A DNA stretch of 64,000 nt from an uncultured Phycisphaeraceae bacterium (GTDB lineage Bacteria > Planctomycetota > Phycisphaerae > Phycisphaerales > UBA1924), in the NCBI GenBank assembly GCA_964529265.1, contig CAZGVW010000033.1, positions 12,454 to 76,453 on the forward strand, read 5' to 3'. Under the pieces are notes generated by a model, which was not told the origin of the DNA, ran no database searches, and saw only the letters and a list, made by a program, of their open reading frames with translations. Shown here one piece after another: positions 50,822-60,078 of the stretch; position 1 is the first letter of the stretch, and each line of letters starts with the position of its first letter. Position numbers and translations under genes: made by a program.

Positions 50822-52006
50822 ATGATGCTCGCCATGCGCCCACGCGCCTTCTTCCTACTCCTGATCCTCGCGGCGCCGCCCGGCGCCGTGTGCGCGCCGG
50901 GCATGGCCCCTCCCGCCGCCGCCGCCGCCATCCCGGTCGACCCCGACGCGGCTCTCGCCGATGCCCGGGGCGCCTACCGCGATGCCCCGGTGGCCGAGCG
51001 CATCGACCTCTACGTCGATTCCGGCCTCGCCGAGCGCCGCGAAACGGCGCTCATCCGCTTCGATCACCCCCGCGCACTCGCCCTCGAACTCGGGCCCCTC
51101 CGCGTCTGGGCCGGCGTCGAGAACAGCCGCGCCGTCGTCCGGGCCGTGCACGCGCTCGATGCAGCCCACGTCTTCGAGCATCGCCGCGACGATGCGGATG
51201 TGCTGGCGGCGCTCACCGAGGCGCTCCCGCCCATCGCGCTGCCGCAACTCGCCCTCGTCTGGTCCGAAGCCGCGCCGCTGCGCGATCTCACCGCCTTCAC
51301 GCGCAACCTCGCGTGGACAAGCGCCACGCTCGAATCCGATCACGAACCGCCCGTCGCCGTCGTCACAGGCGCCTCGCCCGATTCCCGCGCCGTGCTTATT
51401 CTCGACGCCGCCACCTCGCGCCTCGCCCGCGCCGAACTCGAATCCCGTGCCGGCCGCCTCCGCATCGCCATGGACGTCTCGCCCGTCGCGCCCGGCGACC
51501 CCGCCTCCTGGCGCATCGACCCTGGATCGCGCGAGCGCGTAAGCGAGATCACTGACCTCGCGCCGGCCCCCGGGGACGTCGGCATCGGCGCCCGCGCACC
51601 GGATCTGTTCCTGATGACGCTCGACAACCAGCCGTGGCGCCTGGCCGACCGGGTTGGCAGCCCCGTCGCGATTACGCTTTTTCGCGCCGCCGGCGCGGAA
51701 TCCGCACTGAAATTGCACGAATTCGCCCAATCCGCGGCCGGCGCAACCCCCCGCGCCACCGCCGTCGCCGTGGCCATCCTGAGCCCGGAAGACCGGCCGC
51801 ACACGGAGCGCCTGGAATCGCTCCGCGGGCAGTGGGGGGGTGAACTGCTGTGGTCCATGTCGGCGCGGGCGACGATCGATCGATTTGCGCCCGGCGCGGA
51901 TGCGGCGCTGATTGTCGTCGATTCGGCGGGAATTGTGCGCCTTGTGGAGACAACGAGCGAAGATGCGCTGCCGGAGCGCCTGAAAGCGGCCCTGCGCGGC
52001 GGATGA
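50822..52006 (+). CDS. Secreted hypothetical protein with a C-terminal thioredoxin-fold-like domain lacking CxxC
   Basis: The signal peptide is AFFLLLILAAPPGAVCA. The redoxin-like pattern GARAPDLFLMTLDNQPWRLADRVGSPVAITLF is followed by RAAGAES where redoxins normally carry WCxxC. Confidence 0.55.
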   Translation: MMLAMRPRAFFLLLILAAPPGAVCAPGMAPPAAAAAIPVDPDAALADARGAYRDAPVAERIDLYVDSGLAERRETALIRFDHPRALALELGPLRVWAGVENSRAVVRAVHALDAAHVFEHRRDDADVLAALTEALPPIALPQLALVWSEAAPLRDLTAFTRNLAWTSATLESDHEPPVAVVTGASPDSRAVLILDAATSRLARAELESRAGRLRIAMDVSPVAPGDPASWRIDPGSRERVSEITDLAPAPGDVGIGARAPDLFLMTLDNQPWRLADRVGSPVAITLFRAAGAESALKLHEFAQSAAGATPRATAVAVAILSPEDRPHTERLESLRGQWGGELLWSMSARATIDRFAPGADAALIVVDSAGIVRLVETTSEDALPERLKAALRGG

Positions 52007-52114
52007 AGAAGAAAAAGCCGGAGCGACCGTCTCCCGGAAGATGACGGCCGCCCCGGTGAGCGCCCGGGCGCGAGGAGGATGGCGCGGGCGCGGAAAAGTG
52101 CGTGTTTTCGTCCG

Positions 52115-54280
52115 TTATTCCACGTCGAGGTCGCGCAGGTACAGATTCAGCGCGGCTTTCGCCTGATCGACTTCGCCTGACGCGGCGTCGCGCCGGGTGA
52201 GGATTTCCTCCAGCCGCGCTTCCTGCTCGTTCAGTTTCTTCATGTACCGGCCATAGAGCTCGCTGTTTCCGGCAATTCTGCCCATGTTGTCACGAATTCG
52301 CGACTGATCGCGCGTAATCTCGTCGCGCTCGCGGTCGAGGTCGGCGATCGCGCGCTCCAGGCTGTTGATCTTCGATTGCATCTCCGCGGCTTTCTTCACC
52401 GCGTCCACCACGGCCTTGGAGGCCTTGCCCTGGCTGGAATAGGACAGGAGCGTGGGCAGATCCATCGAAGTCATCGCGTATCGCTGATAGTTCGTCATTT
52501 CCGTGACGACATCGAGCGATTTCGCGCCGTTCGGGTCCACCGACGCCTCGAAGCGCAGGAACGAATCCGTCTTGCTCTTCGGCTCCTTCGGCGCGACGAG
52601 GTCCCAGCCGTGCTGGCGGGGGTGCTCGATGAGGACGGTGCGGGGGCGGGACTGGTCGTTGTTCTTGAAGGTGTAGGTGGTGGTCTGGCGGTTTTTGCTC
52701 TGCATTTCGACCAAACCGTCAACAATTCGGATTTTGAGCAGGTTTGACGCGTTTTTCGTCTCGGACGACGACTGAACGTCGAGATCCACGGCGTAGGAGA
52801 GCAGACGTTCCTGTCCACGCGAGGTGTGGTCGATCTGGGCGTCTCCGGCGTAGGCGCCGCCGTCGTAGACGCTGATGGGGCCCGCGATGAGCGTCATTTC
52901 TGTGTTGTTGGTCATTTCCACGCCGCGCATGGGGTGCCTGGGTTGCTCCGCGGCGTTGTAGATGGAGACGCGCCGGCCCTCGACGGGCGCCCCGATGATG
53001 GGCACCATGGCCGAGCGCTGCCGTTCGATGGTCACAGGCGCATCGATCGTGAACTGGAATTGTTCGCCGATCTCGCCGCCGGAGGCCTGAGCCGCGGCTG
53101 CGTAGCGGATGAGGTCGTCGCTGTTTGCCTGCCAGCCGCCGGCGACGCTATCGGCTTCGGCTTTGCTCATGAGGGCGTCACCGGCGACGCCACCCATCGC
53201 GGCGCGCCCGCCAAGGCGCTGCCGTCTAAGCTCCGAATCGCGTAGGGCCTCTTCCGGCGCCGGCGCCGCGACATCGCCCAGCGTCATCTCGTTCTCGTAC
53301 ATCCGCGGCGCGAGGGCGGTCATGTAGGGGACGGGCACGACCGGGCGGGGGACGAAAAGGGGCTGGTGCAGATCCATGATGAAACTGACGGGGCGGCCCG
53401 CGGCGAGGGACAGGCGGACGTCTTTCCAGTCCTGATCGGTGGTGTTTTCGACGATGGCCCAGCCCTGGAGGGTGGGATCGGCGTTGGTTTCGTCCGGGAG
53501 GACGAGGCGGTAGGTGGTCTTCCAGACGGCCGCTTCGTGGACGTATCCGACGACGACCTGGCGCTTTCCGGCGCCTGAAAACGCCAGATCGACGCTGGCG
53601 GTGCGCTCCGTGCGGGCTTCGGCGAGGGCGGCGAGGGCCTGGCTGAGTTCCTTGGCGAGTTCCTTGTCCTGGAGGTCGAAGGTGGTGATGGAGGGGATGG
53701 CGACGGCCCGGATGCCGGAATCGGTGACGAGGCTGAGGAAGGGCTGGGTGACGACGGCGTCGCCGGCGCCGGCGGGCACGGCGCGGTTTTCCACGCCCAT
53801 GATGACGCCGGTGAGGGGCCCTTCGGGAGTGGCGACCTTGATTCCGGCGCCGCGGAGGCGGCCCAGGAGTTCGGCCAAGGAGGGATTATCCGCGATATTG
53901 ACGCCGAAACTCGCCAGACGGCGCGCCAGGGGGGCTTTGGAGGCATAGTTCACCGAATCGATGCGTCCGCCGGAAAGATCGAGCAGAATCATCGATTTGA
54001 GCACGTCATTCACGCGTTCGGCGTCAAAACGGAGCGCCACGGTCTCGCTGTCCTGCACCGTGCCGGTGTGCTCGAAGTAGCCGACGCCGGAGCGGTAGAG
54101 GGTGACGGAGCGGACGGGGAGGTCGGCGGCGGAGACGGAGGCGGCGAGGCCGGCCAGGGCGGGGAGGGCGAGGGCGAGTGACGCGATTTGTGCGCGCATT
54201 TGAGGTGACTGCGCGCTGCGTGCGCGCCGATTTGATCGATTCGTGTTCACATTCGCGTTTCTGGTGAGAAAAGCGTGCAT
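52115..54280 (-). CDS. DUF4139-family (MuiA-like) secreted protein with a C-terminal coiled coil
   Basis: The sequence DLPVRSVTLYRSGVGYFEHTG is DUF4140-like, and a long beta-rich body follows. The signal peptide begins at the alternative start 54199 (MRAQIASLALALPALAGLAASVSA). Confidence 0.65.
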   Translation of the reverse strand: MHAFLTRNANVNTNRSNRRARSAQSPQMRAQIASLALALPALAGLAASVSAADLPVRSVTLYRSGVGYFEHTGTVQDSETVALRFDAERVNDVLKSMILLDLSGGRIDSVNYASKAPLARRLASFGVNIADNPSLAELLGRLRGAGIKVATPEGPLTGVIMGVENRAVPAGAGDAVVTQPFLSLVTDSGIRAVAIPSITTFDLQDKELAKELSQALAALAEARTERTASVDLAFSGAGKRQVVVGYVHEAAVWKTTYRLVLPDETNADPTLQGWAIVENTTDQDWKDVRLSLAAGRPVSFIMDLHQPLFVPRPVVPVPYMTALAPRMYENEMTLGDVAAPAPEEALRDSELRRQRLGGRAAMGGVAGDALMSKAEADSVAGGWQANSDDLIRYAAAAQASGGEIGEQFQFTIDAPVTIERQRSAMVPIIGAPVEGRRVSIYNAAEQPRHPMRGVEMTNNTEMTLIAGPISVYDGGAYAGDAQIDHTSRGQERLLSYAVDLDVQSSSETKNASNLLKIRIVDGLVEMQSKNRQTTTYTFKNNDQSRPRTVLIEHPRQHGWDLVAPKEPKSKTDSFLRFEASVDPNGAKSLDVVTEMTNYQRYAMTSMDLPTLLSYSSQGKASKAVVDAVKKAAEMQSKINSLERAIADLDRERDEITRDQSRIRDNMGRIAGNSELYGRYMKKLNEQEARLEEILTRRDAASGEVDQAKAALNLYLRDLDVE

Positions 54281-54379
54281 GAGTTGACTCCCGCTTGAGA
54301 GAGGAATTGAGGGGCTTCGGGTCCGGAAAAGGGGCCCTCCATGGCCACTATCGGTTAGACGCCCGGGGGGCCTGCGGGT

Positions 54380-55114
54380 TCACGAAGCGGCGGTTTCGTC
54401 GTGTCCGATTGCCGCGTGTCCCGGAGGAATAAACGGCCACTCGGATGAGGGAACCTCGGCGCCGCATTCGGGGCAGCGCGGGGAGGGGAGGCCGGCGAGG
54501 GAATAGCGGCAGGCGGGGCAGAGGCCGGCGCGGAGGACGAGCGCACGCGGGGTCAGGGCGGCGTCCATGGCGTCGCGCGTCCACCGGTCAACGACGAGAC
54601 AGCAGAACGCGACGGCGGAGAGCCAAACGGCGAGAATGGCGCCGTTTGCGAGGTGTCCGAGCAGAAGTGGGCGCTTTTCGCACACATCTGACGTCGTCTT
54701 CGGCGTCCGAGGCGCGCCGTACACCTCCGCGAACATCGGAATGGCGAGTTGGCGGAGGCGCAGTTCCTCGTCCGGCGCGAGGGTGACGCCGGGCGCGAGT
54801 GTGATGCGCCAAGAGCACCGCGTTTCCTCGCGCGTTGCGAAGGGGAGGGAGGAGTGGGATGAGCGGGATTGGCGCATCTGAACACAGATGCGGCCGAGGG
54901 GCCGCTCGATGGCGCCGACCGCCACATCCAGGCGCCCCGCTTCGTTGGTGACGATGAAGAGGCTGGCGACGGGATGCTGGAGGTTGCAGCCGCGGCGGGG
55001 GTGGCGGAGGACGTGGTCGGCGAGAGCGGCGAGGGCGATGAGGCAGGCGCCGATGACAGGCGCGAGCAGGACCAAGGGCGCACATCGCGAGATGGTGGGA
55101 CGCGGATGGCGCAT
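54380..55114 (-). CDS. Membrane protein with a C-terminal zinc-ribbon (hypothetical)
   Basis: There are two TM helices, and the C-terminus is CPACRYSLAGLPSPRCPECG. The start forms an ATGA overlap with the upstream gene's stop. Confidence 0.55.
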   Translation of the reverse strand: MRHPRPTISRCAPLVLLAPVIGACLIALAALADHVLRHPRRGCNLQHPVASLFIVTNEAGRLDVAVGAIERPLGRICVQMRQSRSSHSSLPFATREETRCSWRITLAPGVTLAPDEELRLRQLAIPMFAEVYGAPRTPKTTSDVCEKRPLLLGHLANGAILAVWLSAVAFCCLVVDRWTRDAMDAALTPRALVLRAGLCPACRYSLAGLPSPRCPECGAEVPSSEWPFIPPGHAAIGHDETAAS

Positions 55115-55707
55115 CAGCTTGCTTCTGTTCCGGGCTCGTGCGTCTGGGTCGGGCTCCATCGCCGGCGGCGCCTTGCGAACGCGCTCCTTAGAGCAATGAT
55201 CACCTCCGCAGACAGAATGGCGAGCGCCAAGCAAATCGGGATCAGCACATGCCAGGCGGCTCCGAATTCAAAGTAGTCGACCATCAAGTCGCGTCCCTCG
55301 GGGAGCCAGTTTGGGTATTCCTCCCTGATCAGCTCGATGCAGGCAGCCCGAATGCGCGCTTCCTCGGATGGCGGAAAGAGATCGCCTTCAGCGGAACATG
55401 CAGTGAAGCGGCAGGATTCGCTCCACAGTATTTCCTCGCGCCAGTGATTCCGGTACAGCGAGGCAAACCCGAGGGAATCCGACCTGTACTCGACCGACTC
55501 GACAGGCGTGATTCCTTCCGCGCCTTGAATCAGGTCGAAGAGGAAGCTTGCCCCGCAATGTGTGGGGCCATAGGACGGGAGCACGAAGTACACACCGACG
55601 AACGTGATCGTCAGCAGGAGAATGAGCGCCGAGTACTGCCAGCGCGTCCGTCCTCTTGCCCGCGGCTCCGGCGTTGGGCTCGCTCGTGGTTCGCCTGTCG
55701 AGTCCAT
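55114..55707 (-). CDS. Membrane protein (hypothetical), more AT-rich than its surroundings
   Basis: TM helices lie near both ends (YSALILLLTITFVGVYFVL and WHVLIPICLALAILSAEVIIAL). The start MDSTGE at 55707 was chosen within the 55114-55851 ORF. Confidence 0.5.
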   Translation of the reverse strand: MDSTGEPRASPTPEPRARGRTRWQYSALILLLTITFVGVYFVLPSYGPTHCGASFLFDLIQGAEGITPVESVEYRSDSLGFASLYRNHWREEILWSESCRFTACSAEGDLFPPSEEARIRAACIELIREEYPNWLPEGRDLMVDYFEFGAAWHVLIPICLALAILSAEVIIALRSAFARRRRRWSPTQTHEPGTEAS

Positions 55708-55799
55708 TGACACACCCCGCCACACTCTTCGCAGGGCTGGGGCGGCGGGTTCCCAAGCGCAAGGGCGGCGGGCTTCTATAGTGTCGGCCCAGCGCGACC

Positions 55800-58700
55800 A
55801 TGACCTCTCTCCCCGTGCTTTCGGCGTCCGCGAAGTCCACAGGCCCGGCATCGGCTGCTCACACGATGACGGAGGCGGACCGCCGCGCGATTGCGCGGGA
55901 CCTGGTGAACCTGGTGGAGGGGGAGGTCCGGTTCGACCTGCACAACCGGATGCTGTACGCGACGGATGCCTCGCTGTACCAGGTGGCGCCGATCGGCGTG
56001 GTGATTCCGGCGTCGATCGAGGATGCGGAGCGCGCGGTGCAGTTCTGCGCGGAGCGCGGGCTGGCGGTGTTGCCGCGGGGCGGAGGGACGAGCCTGGCGG
56101 GGCAGTGCGTGAACGACGCGGTGGTGATCGATTTTTCGGCGCGGTGCCGTGCGGTGGGGGCGGTCGATCCGGATCGGCGCACGGTGTCGGTTGAGCCGGG
56201 CGTCACGCTGGATGAGTTGAACGAGGAGATTGCGAGGCGCGGGCACAGGCTGTTCTTCGGGCCGGACGTGGCGACGTCGCGGCATGCGAACATCGGGGGG
56301 ATGATCGGGAACAACTCGGCGGGGGCGCGATCGATTCTGTACGGGCGGACGGTGGAGCACCTGCTCGCGGTGGATGCGGCGGTTGTGACGCGGGATGGGG
56401 GTGTGGAGCGCGTGCGGCTGGAGCGCGGGGCTGCATTGCGCGATGGGCGCGTGCGGGCAATGACCGAAGCGGTGTGCGGCGTTGTTCAGAGGCATGCGGC
56501 TGAGATTCGGGCGCGGTTTCCGAAGATCGTGAGGCACGTGGATGGATACAACCTGGATCTCGTGCTTCAGCAGATGGAGGGATCGGGCGGGCATGCGCGG
56601 GGGCAGGGGGATGGCGCGGCGGCGCGGGGCGGGGTGGAGGATGTGAATCTCGCGTCGCTGGTGTGCGGATCGGAGGGGACCCTGGCGGTGACGCTGGGCG
56701 CGACGCTGAACCTGGTTCCAACGCCGGCGGCGAAGGGGCTGGCGGTGGTGGGGTTTGCGTCGCTGGATGACGCGATGTCGGCGCTGATTCCGATTCTGGG
56801 GACCGGGCCATCGGCGGTGGAACTGCTCGACGACATGGTGATCGACCTGGCGCGGGCGAACGCGGAGCATGCGCCGGCGGTGGGGCTGCTTCCGGCGCCG
56901 GCGGGCGGGGACGTGAAGGCGGTGCTGTACGTGGAGTTCTTCGCGCAGGAGCGCACGGAGGAGATTGCTGAACGGTTCGAAGCGCTGCGGCGCACGATTC
57001 CAGGCGCGCCGACGCTGACGTACACGGCGCCCACGGCGATGGAGCGGGCGTGGCGGCTGCGCAAGGCGGGCGAGCCGCTGCTGCACGGTCTGCCGGGGGA
57101 CCGGAAGCCGCTGACGTTTGTCGAGGACACGGCGGTGGATCCATCGCGGCTGGCGGCGTTCGTGAAGGACTTCCGCGCGATGGTGGCGCGATACGGAACG
57201 AAAGCGGCGTTCTATGCGCACGCCTCCGTCGGGTGCCTGCACATCAGGCCGCTGCTTGATCTGCGTGATGCAGGGGACCGGACGCGGCTGGTGAAGATTG
57301 CGGTGGAGGCGGCGGATCTGGTGCGCGCGTATGAGGGAGCGCTGTCGGGCGAGCATGGGGATGGGCGGGTGCGCTCGCCGCTGCTGGAGCGCGTGCTTGG
57401 CCCGGAGGTGATGCGGGCGCTCCGCGAGGTGAAGGCGATCTTCGACCCGCGGAACCTGTTGAACCCGGGGAACATCGTGTCGCCTCCGGAAGGCGCGGCT
57501 GGTGTGGAATCGATCGTGGTGCGCACGCGAGTGAATCCATCCGAGGCGCCGGACAGGCTGACGCGGTTTCCGAGGGTGGAGACGTATTTCGAGTACGAGG
57601 ACCAGCACGGGTTCCAGGGCGCGGTCGAGATGTGCAACGGCGCGGGCGTGTGCCGGAAGAAGCGCGGCGGGACGATGTGCCCGTCGTACATGGGGACGCT
57701 GGACGAGCGGCATTCGACGCGCGGCCGCGGAAATGCGCTGCGGCTGGCGATTTCGGGGCAGTTGTGCGTCGAGACGTGGTCGGACCGGGAGACGATCGAG
57801 ACGCTGGATCTGTGTCTCTCGTGCAAGGCGTGCAAGTCCGAGTGCCCGAGCAACGTGGACATTGCGCGGCTGAAGGCGGAGTACACGGCGCAGCGCTATC
57901 GCGAGCAGGGCGGGGCGCCGCGGGCGGCGCGGCTGCTTGGGCGCGTGCGGGCGCTGAACGCGGCGGGGTCGATGGCGCCGGGGATCGCGAACTGGGTGAG
58001 CGGGACGGGCCCGGCGCGGGCGGTGATGGGGAGGGTGCTGGACTTTTCGCCCCGGAGGAGGCCGCCGCGGTTTGAGAGGTCGCTCTATCGGTGGTTTGCG
58101 GGGCATGCGCGGGGGCGGGTGAATGCGGGCGGGCCGAAAGTGGCGCTGTTCGCGGATTGCTTCACGACGTACAACGAGCCGCGGGTTGGAGTGGCGGCGG
58201 TGCGGCTGCTGGAGGCGCTGGGGTATGAGGTGGTGTTGCCGCGGACGGGGTGCTGCGGGCGCTCGATGATCTCGCTGGGGCTGCTGGAGGAGGCGATTCC
58301 GGAGGTTGACCGGACGCTGCGGGCGCTCGCGCCGCTGGCGGCGGATGACTCGGTGGGTGCGATCGTGGTGTGTGAGCCTTCGTGCCTGTCATCGTTCAAG
58401 GACGACCTGCTGCAGCTGAAGGTGAAGACGGCGCGCGATGTGCGCGCGCGGCTGGCGGCGAAGATGTGGCTGCCGGAGGAGTTCATTGAGCGGGAGTGGG
58501 AGGGGCATCCGAGGCGGCCGGAGCGTGTGGAGGTTGGCGGCGGCGGCGGGAGTGGGGGTGAGCGCATCCTGCTGCATGGGCACTGTCACCAGAAGGCGCT
58601 GTGGGGGGCGGAGGGCAGCGCGGGGCTTCTGCGCCGGCTCGTGGGTGAGCGGCTGACGGTGCTTGATGCGGGGTGCTGTGGGATGGCGGGCTCGTTCGGG

Positions 58701-58907
58701 TATACGAAGGGGCACTACGATCTTTCGATGAAGATCGGGGAGTTGGCGCTGTTTCCGGCGCTGCGCGGGGCGGCGGCGGATGCGATGATCGCGGCGACGG
58801 GGACATCGTGTCGGCACCAGATTCACGACGGTGTGGGTCGGCGCGCGGTGCATCCGATCGAAGTGGCGGCGAGTATGCTTGTGGAGCAGGAGGATCAGCA
58901 GCGATGA
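55800..58907 (+). CDS. FAD-linked oxidase fused to a 4Fe-4S / CCG-domain protein (YdiJ-like D-2-hydroxyacid dehydrogenase)
   Basis: The FAD_binding_4 region includes LPRGGGTSLAGQ. The ferredoxin motifs are CNGAGVCRKKRGGTMCP and CLSCKACKSECP. Two Cys-rich CCG-type regions lie at the C-terminus. At about 1035 aa, the protein is similar in length to E. coli YdiJ. Confidence 0.8.
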   Translation: MTSLPVLSASAKSTGPASAAHTMTEADRRAIARDLVNLVEGEVRFDLHNRMLYATDASLYQVAPIGVVIPASIEDAERAVQFCAERGLAVLPRGGGTSLAGQCVNDAVVIDFSARCRAVGAVDPDRRTVSVEPGVTLDELNEEIARRGHRLFFGPDVATSRHANIGGMIGNNSAGARSILYGRTVEHLLAVDAAVVTRDGGVERVRLERGAALRDGRVRAMTEAVCGVVQRHAAEIRARFPKIVRHVDGYNLDLVLQQMEGSGGHARGQGDGAAARGGVEDVNLASLVCGSEGTLAVTLGATLNLVPTPAAKGLAVVGFASLDDAMSALIPILGTGPSAVELLDDMVIDLARANAEHAPAVGLLPAPAGGDVKAVLYVEFFAQERTEEIAERFEALRRTIPGAPTLTYTAPTAMERAWRLRKAGEPLLHGLPGDRKPLTFVEDTAVDPSRLAAFVKDFRAMVARYGTKAAFYAHASVGCLHIRPLLDLRDAGDRTRLVKIAVEAADLVRAYEGALSGEHGDGRVRSPLLERVLGPEVMRALREVKAIFDPRNLLNPGNIVSPPEGAAGVESIVVRTRVNPSEAPDRLTRFPRVETYFEYEDQHGFQGAVEMCNGAGVCRKKRGGTMCPSYMGTLDERHSTRGRGNALRLAISGQLCVETWSDRETIETLDLCLSCKACKSECPSNVDIARLKAEYTAQRYREQGGAPRAARLLGRVRALNAAGSMAPGIANWVSGTGPARAVMGRVLDFSPRRRPPRFERSLYRWFAGHARGRVNAGGPKVALFADCFTTYNEPRVGVAAVRLLEALGYEVVLPRTGCCGRSMISLGLLEEAIPEVDRTLRALAPLAADDSVGAIVVCEPSCLSSFKDDLLQLKVKTARDVRARLAAKMWLPEEFIEREWEGHPRRPERVEVGGGGGSGGERILLHGHCHQKALWGAEGSAGLLRRLVGERLTVLDAGCCGMAGSFGYTKGHYDLSMKIGELALFPALRGAAADAMIAATGTSCRHQIHDGVGRRAVHPIEVAASMLVEQEDQQR

Positions 58908-60067
58908 GCGCCAAGAGCGTCAATGGGAGCAGAGCGACGATTCTGGCGGGCGCGCCGGCGCATGCGCCGGCCGTGTACAGGCGGCTGGGGCTGCCGCTGC
59001 ACGACACGGTGGTGGTGATCGACGTGCCGGGTGAGGCGCCGCTGCTGATCATGCGGGACATCGAGATGGATCGCGCGAAGGCGGCGCAGCCGAAGGCGCA
59101 GATTCACAGCCCGCGCGATTTTGCGCCGAAGGGCGGACTTTCGGGGGATCGTGAGACGGCGAACGCGCAGGCTGCGGCGGAGCTGCTCCGACGCCGCGGC
59201 GTGCGCGAGATCTGGACCGACCGGTCGCTGCCGATGCTGTTCGCGCACATGCTGGCGGAATCGGGCGTGAAGGTGCGGTGCGACACGGAGATGGGGGTGA
59301 TCGAGCGGCGGTCGAAGGGCGCGCGGGAGGTGGAGCATCTGCGGCGTGCGCAGAAGGTGACGGAGCAGGCGGTGGAGATGGCGTGCCGGATGATCGGGAG
59401 CGCGAAGGCGGGGGCGGATGGAGCGCTGATGAGCGGGGGCGAGGCGCTGACGAGCGAACTGGTGCGGGCGCAGGTCAATATCTTTCTGCTGAACCACGGG
59501 ATGGATACGAGCGACAGCATCGTGGCGGGGGGCCCGCAGGGCGGCGACTGCCACGAGCGGGGGAGCGGGGCGCTGCGGACTGGGCAGCCGGTGATCATCG
59601 ACGTGTTTCCGCGCGATCCGGCGACGCTCTATTGCGGGGATTGCACGCGGACGGTCGTGCACGGGCGGATTCCGGACGTGGTGCGCGACATGCACGCAGC
59701 GGTGGTGGAGGCGAAGCGGGCGGCGATCGGCGCGACGCGGGTTGGCGTGACGGGGGAGGCGGTGCACGAGGCGGCGTGCGCGGTGTTCCGGGCGCGGGGG
59801 TATGCGATCGGGCTGCCGACGAAGGATTCGCCGCGGGAGCGGATTTCGTATGCGCACGGGACGGGGCACGGCGTGGGTCTGGAGGTGCATGAACCGCCGC
59901 TGCTGGCGGAGGGGGGGCCGGCGCTGGTGGTGGGAGATGCGCTGACGATCGAGCCGGGGCTGTATTCGCCGGCGGTGGGGGGTGTGCGCGTGGAGGACAT
60001 GGTGATCGTGCGCGAGGGCGGGTGCGAGAATCTGAACTCGATTGCGGAGGGGCTGGAGTGGGCGTAA
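58904..60067 (+). CDS. M24-family Xaa-Pro peptidase
   Basis: The pita-bread metal-ligand pattern is IIDVFPR...YCGDCTRT...HGTGHGVGLEVHE...LTIEPG...VRVED. The start forms an ATGA overlap with the upstream gene. Confidence 0.85.
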   Translation: MSAKSVNGSRATILAGAPAHAPAVYRRLGLPLHDTVVVIDVPGEAPLLIMRDIEMDRAKAAQPKAQIHSPRDFAPKGGLSGDRETANAQAAAELLRRRGVREIWTDRSLPMLFAHMLAESGVKVRCDTEMGVIERRSKGAREVEHLRRAQKVTEQAVEMACRMIGSAKAGADGALMSGGEALTSELVRAQVNIFLLNHGMDTSDSIVAGGPQGGDCHERGSGALRTGQPVIIDVFPRDPATLYCGDCTRTVVHGRIPDVVRDMHAAVVEAKRAAIGATRVGVTGEAVHEAACAVFRARGYAIGLPTKDSPRERISYAHGTGHGVGLEVHEPPLLAEGGPALVVGDALTIEPGLYSPAVGGVRVEDMVIVREGGCENLNSIAEGLEWA

Positions 60068-60078
60068 GGGCGCGAAGC

